Shown piece by piece: positions 41,168 to 49,965 of a stretch of DNA of 64,000 nucleotides. Made by a program: the position numbers and the translations under genes. The stretch's first letter is position 1. Every line of letters starts with the position of its first letter. The stretch is from Leptospira sp. (GTDB lineage Bacteria; Spirochaetota; Leptospiria; Leptospirales; Leptospiraceae): assembly GCA_034439575.1 (NCBI GenBank), contig JAWXAQ010000020.1, forward strand, positions 1 to 64,000, written 5' to 3'. The notes below the pieces were generated by a model that was not told where the DNA came from, did no database searches, and was given only the letters and a program-made list of their open reading frames with translations.

Positions 41168-42232
41168 TTGAACTTCGATCAAATTTCGAACCAACTTGGA
41201 AAAGACGCAGAATACCTTTTAGGATTCAATAAACCAAAAATTGCCAAAGAATTATTGCATGTCCCGGGAAATGACTGGGTAGATAGAATTTTTTCTCAAA
41301 CAGACAGATCGATACCTGTCTTACGTAGCATCCAATCGCTTCTCTCTCACGGTAGACTTAGGGATTCTGGATATTTGTCCATCCTTCCTGTTGACCAAGG
41401 GATTGAACATTCAGCAGGTGCATCTTTTGCTAAAAATCCGATTTATTTTGATGGGGAAAACATCATAAAATTGGCGATGGAAGGTGGTTGCAATGCGGTT
41501 GCGACAACACTTGGCGTTCTAGGTTCTGTTGCCAGAAAGTACGCTCATAAAATTCCATTTATTTTAAAAATCAATCACAATGAACTTCTCACGTATCCAA
41601 ACAAAAGTGAACAAATTCTTTTTGCGACCGTAAAACAAGCGCATGACCAAGGTTGTGTGGCAATCGGTGCGACGATTTATTTTGGTTCAGATGATTCCGG
41701 CAGAGAAATCGTAGAAATTTCAAAGATATTTGATATGGCGCACCAACTCGGAATGGCTACCATTCTTTGGTGTTATGTGCGAAATTCTGCTTTCAAAAAA
41801 GATAAAGATTATCATGTTTCTGCTGATTTAACAGGTCAAGCAAACCATTTAGGTGTGACTATCCAAGCAGATATCATCAAACAAAAGTTACCTGAGAATA
41901 ACGGCGGTTATAATGTATTAAACCAAGAGTCAAGTTATGGAAAAACAGATAAGCGTATCTATACCGATTTGACTTCTGATCACCCGATTGACCTCACTCG
42001 TTACCAAGTCGCAAATTGTTATATGGGCCGGGCAGGACTTATCAACTCTGGTGGTGCTTCTGGTGAAAACGATTTGCAAGACGCATTAAAAACGGCGGTC
42101 ATCAATAAGCGAGCTGGTGGTATGGGTCTTATTTCTGGAAGGAAAGCGTTCCAAAAACCAATGAAAGATGGAGTAGAGCTTTTACAAGCCATACAAGATG
42201 TTTATTTGGCAAAAGAGATCACAGTAGCGTAA
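41168..42232 (+). CDS. fbaB: Class I fructose-bisphosphate aldolase (FbaB/DhnA type)
   Basis: [40 protein letters not shown] start at 41168 behind AAGGAG RBS. Confidence 0.93.
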   Translation: MNFDQISNQLGKDAEYLLGFNKPKIAKELLHVPGNDWVDRIFSQTDRSIPVLRSIQSLLSHGRLRDSGYLSILPVDQGIEHSAGASFAKNPIYFDGENIIKLAMEGGCNAVATTLGVLGSVARKYAHKIPFILKINHNELLTYPNKSEQILFATVKQAHDQGCVAIGATIYFGSDDSGREIVEISKIFDMAHQLGMATILWCYVRNSAFKKDKDYHVSADLTGQANHLGVTIQADIIKQKLPENNGGYNVLNQESSYGKTDKRIYTDLTSDHPIDLTRYQVANCYMGRAGLINSGGASGENDLQDALKTAVINKRAGGMGLISGRKAFQKPMKDGVELLQAIQDVYLAKEITVA

Positions 42233-42237
42233 GCTAA

Positions 42238-43971
42238 TTGGTTCGCCATCACCCAATATTAAAACGAAGGGCAGGGGTACTCGTACCTCTCTCTTCTATT
42301 TTAACAAAAAATTCCTTTGAATGCGGTGATATAGCAAGCCTTGTACCACTTGCTCACTTTGCTAAAGAAGCAGGCTTTTCCCTCCTTCAACTTCTTCCAT
42401 TAAACGATACAGGTATTGATACTTCGCCTTACAGTGCAATATCGGCATTTGCGATTGATCCGATTTATATTTCTCTGCATGCTCTCGGTGTGCAGATCAC
42501 ATCTCGTAGAGAAAAAATTGCGAGCCAAAGGATCAATCATTTCCGTATCCGCGAATTAAAATTAATCGAGATACGTAAAATTTTTGAATCAGATAAAACA
42601 AAAAATACAAATACCGCTCTACAATTTTTATCAAATTTTCCTTGGGCATACGGATACTCCGCCTTTCGGGTATTATATGATGATTATAAAGGAGCAGAGT
42701 GGTCCACTTGGAATAAAAACCATAAAGAAGCATCCAAAGCGAAAGAAGAAATCTTTAATACCAGAAAAGATGAAGCATTATTTTATGCATTTGTACAGTC
42801 AATCGCCTTTGAACAGTTAAAGAAAGCAAAAGAAGAATTAGAGTTAATCGGTGTATATTTAAAAGGGGATATGCCCATTCTCACCTCAAGAAATTCTGCC
42901 GATGTTTGGGAATACCCAGAATACTTTCAATTGGATTTGCAAGCTGGGGCTCCGCCTGATGCTTTTTCAGATGATGGGCAAAATTGGGGTTTTCCCATTT
43001 TAAATTGGCCAAATTTGCGTCAAACGGATTTTAGGTGGTGGCGAGAAAGGCTCGAATACTTAGAAAACTTTTTTCATTTGTTTCGAATTGATCATGTGAT
43101 CGGTATGTATCGAATTTGGGCCATTCCCGTTGCCGAAAAAACTGCAAGAAAAGGTTGGTTTTCTCCGCAAATCGGAACATCAAAAGAACAATTTGACGAA
43201 GTGAATTTAAATCCAGAAGACTTTGTGAAATTGGATTTGATCCATGAATTTAGAAAGGATCATTATATTTTTTATTGGGATTTTTGGAAAAATGAATCAT
43301 ATCAAAATTTACCCGAGGAAATCAAAAGAGTCTTTTTTCCGTTAAGCGAACACAATTTAAAGTTAGATGAGATTACATGGAATGAAGCGGGGGAGGAAAT
43401 TCTCGATGCGATGGATCGATTCTCGAGAATGATTCCTTGTGCGGAAGATTTAGGTGCTGTGCCTAGTTTTATTCGTGATTCTTTGAAAAGAAGGGATATG
43501 CTCGGTATTGATGTGGTTCGTTGGACAAGGTCACTTGAGAACGGCGAATACATTCCGTCCAAAGGTTATCGTGAAACAGCGATTAGTGTTCTTTCAACAC
43601 ACGATACTTCACTTGTTTTTGAATGGTGGAATTCTTTACAAGGGCAGGAAAAGGAATATGCTGAAAACTTTTTCTTTGCTAATACTGACGAAGAAAGTTT
43701 TCCAAAAACAAATGAAGAAATTGCATTGGGTCTTTTAGAGTTTGCCTTTTCCACAAATAGTCTTTTTTCCATACAAATACTCCAAGACCTTTTGTACAAA
43801 GATGAATATGGCATCACAAAAGACCCGAGCGCCCACCGTGTCAATATTCCAGGGACGGAAGCGGAAACCAATTGGTCTTATCGATTTTCAATGACCATAG
43901 AAGATTTAATCTCAGACAAAGAACTCATTCATAATTTACGAAAATTGATCACACAGGCTGATAGAATCTAA
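42238..43971 (+). CDS. malQ: 4-alpha-glucanotransferase (GH77)
   Basis: QLLPLND, SPYS, GAPPDAFS..GQNWGFP, RIDH, AEDLG, THD, RVNIPG. Confidence 0.93.
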   Translation: MVRHHPILKRRAGVLVPLSSILTKNSFECGDIASLVPLAHFAKEAGFSLLQLLPLNDTGIDTSPYSAISAFAIDPIYISLHALGVQITSRREKIASQRINHFRIRELKLIEIRKIFESDKTKNTNTALQFLSNFPWAYGYSAFRVLYDDYKGAEWSTWNKNHKEASKAKEEIFNTRKDEALFYAFVQSIAFEQLKKAKEELELIGVYLKGDMPILTSRNSADVWEYPEYFQLDLQAGAPPDAFSDDGQNWGFPILNWPNLRQTDFRWWRERLEYLENFFHLFRIDHVIGMYRIWAIPVAEKTARKGWFSPQIGTSKEQFDEVNLNPEDFVKLDLIHEFRKDHYIFYWDFWKNESYQNLPEEIKRVFFPLSEHNLKLDEITWNEAGEEILDAMDRFSRMIPCAEDLGAVPSFIRDSLKRRDMLGIDVVRWTRSLENGEYIPSKGYRETAISVLSTHDTSLVFEWWNSLQGQEKEYAENFFFANTDEESFPKTNEEIALGLLEFAFSTNSLFSIQILQDLLYKDEYGITKDPSAHRVNIPGTEAETNWSYRFSMTIEDLISDKELIHNLRKLITQADRI

Positions 43972-44052
43972 TTTTTTTCACTTTTAGCAGAAACATACAA
44001 GTCAAGATCTCAATTCTTTGCTAGAATCATTCTTACATTAGGAGTGATATTT

Positions 44053-44595
44053 ATGAGATTCGCAAGAGAGATGGCTTTTTATTCCGCTTACCACCAAGAA
44101 AAAAGAAATGTTTGGGTTCATATGATTGGAGTTCCAATGATTAGTTTCACATTATTTTTGGTTCTAAGTCGCTTTTCCTTATTTGAAGTCAGCGGATATT
44201 CCGTAACTGCTTCTGCTATTTTTGTTGTAACGGTCTTAGCTTATTACTTTACTCTTGATATCATTTTTGCCCTAACGGCGACGATACTATTCGGTGGTTT
44301 ATATGTTACGGCGGAATATTTAACAGCCACAATGTCACCAAGTATGGCTTGGTCTCTTTTTGGTCTCGGCCAAATTGTAGGATGGGGAAGTCAATTTTAC
44401 GGTCACTTTATCTTTGAAAAAAGTAGACCTGCACTATTTGATAATTTATTCCAAGCTCTTGTTTCTGCTCCCTTATTTGTAGTAGCCGACGCCTATTTTG
44501 AGTTAGGCTTTAGAAAAGAATTAAAAGTCGCTGTTCAAAATGAATTGAAAGCAAAAGGTGTATGGAAAGATTTTTCTGCGCTTAAGCAAGCTTAG
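44053..44595 (+). CDS. Mpo1/DUF962-family membrane protein
   Basis: YSAYH...N..VHMIGVP, QFYGH.IFEKSRPA His motifs. Confidence 0.85.
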   Translation: MRFAREMAFYSAYHQEKRNVWVHMIGVPMISFTLFLVLSRFSLFEVSGYSVTASAIFVVTVLAYYFTLDIIFALTATILFGGLYVTAEYLTATMSPSMAWSLFGLGQIVGWGSQFYGHFIFEKSRPALFDNLFQALVSAPLFVVADAYFELGFRKELKVAVQNELKAKGVWKDFSALKQA

Positions 44596-45382
44596 CTTGT
44601 AAATTACAAAAACAAACTTTAAAATGTTCGGAATGTCCTAGAAATTTCGAGGGAGGGACACCAAACATTTTGCGAAATGTTTTACTTAAGTGGGATTGAT
44701 CTGCGAATCCGGCGGCATGCGATGCCTCGGTGAGATTAGTCCCCTTTTGTAATAAATTAGCTGCGATATGAAGGCGACGCCAAAGCAAATATTGGCGCAA
44801 AGGAATTCCAAATTCCTCTTTGAACCAATGCATAAACCTGTCCTCTGAAATTCCGATTCGTTTGGAGAGCGATGATACAGAAATGGATTCTGGTAATGTG
44901 GATTCGATTAAGTTTAAAACATTTTCCATTCTTTGGTCTAAAGGATTCTGACGTATGGGTTCCCCACCCAAACAGTTTAAAATTTTATAATATAGCTCAA
45001 GAGCAGATTCGCAGTTTAGATTTCCTGCGAGGATTGACTTCAAATTTGGCATTATCAATTGAATCAATTCCCACTTAAATTCTGTTGGTTCATATTTAGC
45101 ACATTTTTGTTTGAAGGAATCAAAATCAGAACTTTTGGGATCAAATTGCAAAACGATCATTTCGGAAGTTTCGGCACTAAGAGTATGGAAATAATTCGGT
45201 GGAATCAGTGTTACCATATGTTCCGTCGTAATTCCGTTTTTATGAGTTAGTTGAAATGGCACATCCAGAGAAATTAATACAGAGACTGCATAATGAGAAT
45301 GTGCATCTGTGTTTAAGCCCTTAGTGGCTAGTAAAATTCGTCCGCCAAAATAAAAAAGACTTCCATTGTTTTTGGAAACCAT
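44582..45382 (-). CDS. AraC-family transcriptional regulator
   Basis: Cupin HSH motif; FKEEFG...YLLWRRL, AGFADQSHLSKTFRKMFG. Confidence 0.92.
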   Translation of the reverse strand: MVSKNNGSLFYFGGRILLATKGLNTDAHSHYAVSVLISLDVPFQLTHKNGITTEHMVTLIPPNYFHTLSAETSEMIVLQFDPKSSDFDSFKQKCAKYEPTEFKWELIQLIMPNLKSILAGNLNCESALELYYKILNCLGGEPIRQNPLDQRMENVLNLIESTLPESISVSSLSKRIGISEDRFMHWFKEEFGIPLRQYLLWRRLHIAANLLQKGTNLTEASHAAGFADQSHLSKTFRKMFGVPPSKFLGHSEHFKVCFCNLQAKLA

Positions 45383-45432
45383 TCAGCTACCTTATTGTAA
45401 TTTTAGAAAAAGGCAAGGAATATCTTTTTATT

Positions 45433-47181
45433 ATGAAAATACTGCGTTTCATTTACATACAATTTTTGATCCTGATTTCTTTTACCTCTACTTTTTCCAA
45501 TGAAGATAAAGCTCTTGATTGGAAAGACATTTCTCCTGAATACAATTGGCAAGGAATCAAAAACTGGGATTCTAATTTCAAAGTAGAATTATTTGAGTCC
45601 ACATTACTTTACAATGATCATCTTTATTACCAATGTGCAGATCAGGATAAAAAGATTCAAATTTGCATATATGATATGAAATCGGGAACCAGTAGTGCTA
45701 AATCTTGGGAGAGGGGTAAAATTCTTGGTTGGACTGTCGGCAGATACGAAATTTATTTCCAAACCTTTAAAAAACTCTGGATCATTGATCCTTCTAATTT
45801 TTCTATAAAGGGCGAAATTCCTTTAGAAGACAGCCTTAAATCTTGGCATGATATCGTATTGTTAAATGGGAATTTGTTTTCAAGACAAGGAAAAACATTA
45901 GTTACGTATGATTTTCAAACAGGCAAAAAAAAATCTGAATTCAACCTTCCTTTTGAAAAGGTGCAAGGTATGTTAGAGTGGGGTGAAACCAAACTCGCTT
46001 TTACATCTTCTTTTTGGGGGAATAAAATAAAATTTTTGAATGTAAATACCTTGGAAGCTGAAGGGGAAACAAGTATTCCCGTAAACCATCGGTCTATGTT
46101 TAAAATGCAGAAACAAAATTCAGGTAAAGTGATCATTGCAGATCCATTAACCGGCATTGGTGCTGAGTTTATATTATTTAATGAGCGTTATACTCAAATA
46201 TCAGAAGGAATGCAAATGGCGGAAAAAGGAAAAGCACTTCGTCATTCACCAATTCAGGATTTTATAGAATATAAATTTAGTATGACTGCGAAAGAAGATG
46301 TAGAGGCAAGTATTGTTAATTTTGTTTTGCCAAAAAAGAATTCGTATGCCCAAGTTTTATCGGATGAAGAATATTCGAAAGCATCTAGTATCATATTAGA
46401 TCGTTTTGAAAATAGAATTTTACAATTGGAAGTGCCTGCTTTAAAAAAAGGTGAAGTTTTTGAACATACACCTTACAGAACTAAGATGACTCGATATAAA
46501 ATTCAATTTAATTTGAATGAGATTTTATATGATGAATCCAATTTCAAATACCCTATGGCCCTTAGTGATTATGTAGAAGATTATCCTATGTTAAATTACA
46601 ATCATCCCTCAATCACTATGAAAAAAGAAGAGATATTAGAAAACGATACATCCATTGTAGGAATCTTAAAAAGAACTCAAAAGTATGTAGCCTCTATCCC
46701 ATATAAATCGGGCAAATTTGAAGCGGCACCCAAAGTTGTTGAAAAAAACAATGGAGGTTGCACCGAACACTCGTATGTGACCATGTCATTTTTACGGAGT
46801 AAGGGAATCCCCGCACGTTTGGTCTGGAATTACCTGCCAACAGAATCTTCCTCAGAAATCGTATTTAATCATAAGTTTGTGGAAGTTTGGACATCCGAAT
46901 TTGCTTGGATACCTATGGAACCATTGGCACCACCAAATTCGATTCCTGGTTCAACCAATGCTCGTCATGTGGTATTTGCCGCACTTAGGAAAACCGATTT
47001 AGCCGCGATCGCAGGTGGCGACCGTTTGTACCAATTGGCCAAGGAACACTTAGCGAAGGGAAAAAAAGTAACACTCAAATTAAATATAATGAAATCAGGG
47101 AAAGAAGATGAATTGGAAACAAATCAAATTCAGATCAGATCCATGCCAGCTAAGATTGGCGAAGAAATGGTCGTGCCATAG
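45433..47181 (+). CDS. Exported transglutaminase-like domain protein
   Basis: Signal peptide, beta-rich N-terminal half, GGCTEHS / GIPARL / HKFVEVW / WIPMEP. Confidence 0.82.
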   Translation: MKILRFIYIQFLILISFTSTFSNEDKALDWKDISPEYNWQGIKNWDSNFKVELFESTLLYNDHLYYQCADQDKKIQICIYDMKSGTSSAKSWERGKILGWTVGRYEIYFQTFKKLWIIDPSNFSIKGEIPLEDSLKSWHDIVLLNGNLFSRQGKTLVTYDFQTGKKKSEFNLPFEKVQGMLEWGETKLAFTSSFWGNKIKFLNVNTLEAEGETSIPVNHRSMFKMQKQNSGKVIIADPLTGIGAEFILFNERYTQISEGMQMAEKGKALRHSPIQDFIEYKFSMTAKEDVEASIVNFVLPKKNSYAQVLSDEEYSKASSIILDRFENRILQLEVPALKKGEVFEHTPYRTKMTRYKIQFNLNEILYDESNFKYPMALSDYVEDYPMLNYNHPSITMKKEEILENDTSIVGILKRTQKYVASIPYKSGKFEAAPKVVEKNNGGCTEHSYVTMSFLRSKGIPARLVWNYLPTESSSEIVFNHKFVEVWTSEFAWIPMEPLAPPNSIPGSTNARHVVFAALRKTDLAAIAGGDRLYQLAKEHLAKGKKVTLKLNIMKSGKEDELETNQIQIRSMPAKIGEEMVVP

Positions 47182-47254
47182 TTCCCATTCTGTTTGATTG
47201 AGATTTTGTCGATCATTGATATTGAGAGCAACTAACAGTTGTTGAATTATGGGA

Positions 47255-48364
47255 TTATTGACGAAGGACCCAATTTTCACCGTTGTATTCACCAGATCTA
47301 CGAATGAATAATCTTTTTTCCACACTGATACCAAGGATGACTTGGTAGATATCAGCAAGGATAGGGCGTGAAGAATAATAACCATGCCCGAGTCCCCCTA
47401 CACCTAGCACTGGATTATCGACTTCATTCACATTGATCACGTCGATTCCATCAAATTTAAAACACATACCTGCTCTTGGTCCACCATTTACCTTTTGTGA
47501 GGCGACAAGAGCATTGTCTCCCGGTGAACAATAAAGCGTAATACGTCCTGAAATTTCTCTAAGTGATGGGGCAATTTTTTTGAATTCTTCTTTATCGAAG
47601 TCAGGAGCGTTTAAAATCAATTGATCAATTAACTTTTTTTTACCAGAGTTTGCTTCTTTTGTGAGTGCAGGCAAAACTACTTGGTGGCCCATACTATGCA
47701 CGATTAGGTGGACTTTTTTCTTTGTAGCTTCTAATTTGTTTAAGAACTTTCCAAATGGTTCACGGTTAAGTTTTGCTTCTGAAAAATTTGATTCATAAAC
47801 TGATTTGACCATAAGAGAGTTGAGAACACCTGCTTCAGATCCAGCAGGCCAAGAATACACAATCACTTCACCAGGAAATTTTAAATCATAACGAATTTGA
47901 CCTGCTCGGATGACTGCCTCGTCAAAATTCACATTAAAACCATGAACAAAAACTAAAACTTCTTCGAAAGGATGAGCTTTGATCTTATTGAAAAAATCCT
48001 CTTCTGATTTATCTGCTTTGCCGAGTAATTGAAAAAATTGATTTTTGTCTTGGTTGTTATTCCAGGTAATATCACCTATTATATGTTTAGCGGGGATATT
48101 GACAAAACATTCTCCAAAATGTAAATTGATGTCTGTTAAAAAACCATAATAATCAGAATCGCAATTTGGATTGGCACTTTTATTTTCTCTTCTGGAAGTG
48201 ATGAAATTGACTGCCATGGTTTTGGTATCATCAAAGTTTTCTTGGATTCGTTTGTTGATGAGTTCTCCAGGAGTCGGCGGAGCTGGACAATGATTAAGAA
48301 AAATAAGACAACCAATAAAAATGGAACGTTTCATGTTTTGGAAAAAAGAGTGAGAACCTTTCAT
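47255..48364 (-). CDS. DUF900-family alpha/beta hydrolase, probable lipoprotein
   Basis: VFVHGFN, YSWP, HSMG nucleophile elbow, APD, GHGY. Confidence 0.85.
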   Translation of the reverse strand: MKGSHSFFQNMKRSIFIGCLIFLNHCPAPPTPGELINKRIQENFDDTKTMAVNFITSRRENKSANPNCDSDYYGFLTDINLHFGECFVNIPAKHIIGDITWNNNQDKNQFFQLLGKADKSEEDFFNKIKAHPFEEVLVFVHGFNVNFDEAVIRAGQIRYDLKFPGEVIVYSWPAGSEAGVLNSLMVKSVYESNFSEAKLNREPFGKFLNKLEATKKKVHLIVHSMGHQVVLPALTKEANSGKKKLIDQLILNAPDFDKEEFKKIAPSLREISGRITLYCSPGDNALVASQKVNGGPRAGMCFKFDGIDVINVNEVDNPVLGVGGLGHGYYSSRPILADIYQVILGISVEKRLFIRRSGEYNGENWVLRQ

Positions 48365-49485
48365 TTGTATGAGAATCCTTTGATTAATTTTGTGGGATTG
48401 ATATTTTTTCCATCTTTTATAATTTCAAAATGTAGGTGCGGGCCAAAACAATATCCAGTACATCCCGATTTTGAAATGACTTTTCCGCCAGAAATATAAT
48501 CGCCAGAGCGCACATACAAACGGCTATTATGTGCATATAATGATTGGTAGGAATCATCATGTTGGATCATAACAACGTTTCCATAACCACCCATCCAACC
48601 AGAATAAATGACTCTTCCTTTCCTTGCAGAATAGACGGGTTCGTAGTTGGCGCGTAAGTCGATAGCCATATGGAATTTGTATTGTGGATAAGATCTAGTG
48701 CCCCAACCAGAAGTGATGACCCGAGAAGAAACAGGAAATCGCCATAGTGGACCAGCTTCTGGAATTACAGCACCTGGTAAAAATACTTTTTGGCCTGATT
48801 TTAATAAGTCAAAATCTTCGAGGGAATTTTCAGAATAAATATCTTCCATTTTAACTTTATAAAAGTCAGCGACTTTTGCAAGTGTGTCACCTTTTTTAAG
48901 TTTGTATACGAGACCTTGTTTATTTGGGATATTTAGGATTTGGCCTGCAACTAACAAGACATCAGGTTGGATACTTGATGAGCCTGCAATCGACTCTACA
49001 GATACATGAAATTTATTGGCAATCTCTGTAAGCGTTTCATTGCGTTTTACTTTATATTGAACGACTTTTAATTTTTTGGTTTTATCTTCAGAAGGTCTAT
49101 CTAGTTCTGCAGAACGAAGGATGGCAAATTTTCTTTCTTCCGTTTCTAAGAGATATTTTTCATCGGCGGCTTTAGCTTCTATATCTTTTGTATCATTTTC
49201 TTGGACTTCTTCAGCATTGATTGTTTGTTCCATAGCCAAATAACTTTCGCTAGTGATTGGTTTGTCCCAGATGAGACTGCAAAAGGAAGCAAGCAGAGTC
49301 GAATAAAAGAAAAGTGGAAAAACACGATACCGTTTTCTATTTAAATCGATAGTGCCATGTAAAACTGTGGATTGGAATTGGAAGTTGTAGAAGAAACTAC
49401 CAGGGGAAAGTTGTATGACACTTAAATTTCCCCAACGTAGGACATGTTTTCCGATCGTAGTTTTTTCAGGTGATCGAAGTAACAT
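48361..49485 (-). CDS. LysM + M23-family peptidoglycan endopeptidase
   Basis: Two LysM repeats, HMAID (HxxxD), YAHN, GPHLHFE. Confidence 0.92.
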   Translation of the reverse strand: MLLRSPEKTTIGKHVLRWGNLSVIQLSPGSFFYNFQFQSTVLHGTIDLNRKRYRVFPLFFYSTLLASFCSLIWDKPITSESYLAMEQTINAEEVQENDTKDIEAKAADEKYLLETEERKFAILRSAELDRPSEDKTKKLKVVQYKVKRNETLTEIANKFHVSVESIAGSSSIQPDVLLVAGQILNIPNKQGLVYKLKKGDTLAKVADFYKVKMEDIYSENSLEDFDLLKSGQKVFLPGAVIPEAGPLWRFPVSSRVITSGWGTRSYPQYKFHMAIDLRANYEPVYSARKGRVIYSGWMGGYGNVVMIQHDDSYQSLYAHNSRLYVRSGDYISGGKVISKSGCTGYCFGPHLHFEIIKDGKNINPTKLIKGFSYK

Positions 49486-49501
49486 GATTCAAGAAAAAAA
49501 C

Positions 49502-49906
49502 TTATTCCTTCGAGTCTAAGGATTTAATGCCACCAAACGATTCTTCGACGATCTTTCTAACATCCTTCTTTTGACCGCCAGTGATCGTGATATTTCCTTT
49601 CGCCACGACACCTTTTTGCAATTCTAAATAGGGAGCAGTGATATCACCAAGCATTCTACCTGTGCCTTCCAATTTAACTTCATTCTCTGCTTTGATATTG
49701 CCAATAAGTGTTCCCGAAATGACTACTTCTTTCGCAGAGATATTTGTTTTGACCTTTCCAGTCTCACCGATCACGAGAGCGTCTTCTGTTTTGATATCAC
49801 CTTCGAATTTCCCATCAATTCTGAGGGAGCCGGCAATGTAAAATTTACCTTCAAAAATCGAACCTGGCCCGATAACGCTATTTATGGAGTCTTTATTGAT
49901 CGCCAT
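49502..49906 (-). CDS. Bactofilin (polymer-forming cytoskeletal protein)
   Basis: SVIGPGSIFEG...LRIDGKFEG...G.VKTNI...GNI beta-helix pattern. Confidence 0.9.
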   Translation of the reverse strand: MAINKDSINSVIGPGSIFEGKFYIAGSLRIDGKFEGDIKTEDALVIGETGKVKTNISAKEVVISGTLIGNIKAENEVKLEGTGRMLGDITAPYLELQKGVVAKGNITITGGQKKDVRKIVEESFGGIKSLDSKE

Positions 49907-49965
49907 TGATGTTCCTTATATCCTTCTGTGAGATTTAAAAATTTTACCCTAGCTGACAAGCCTTT

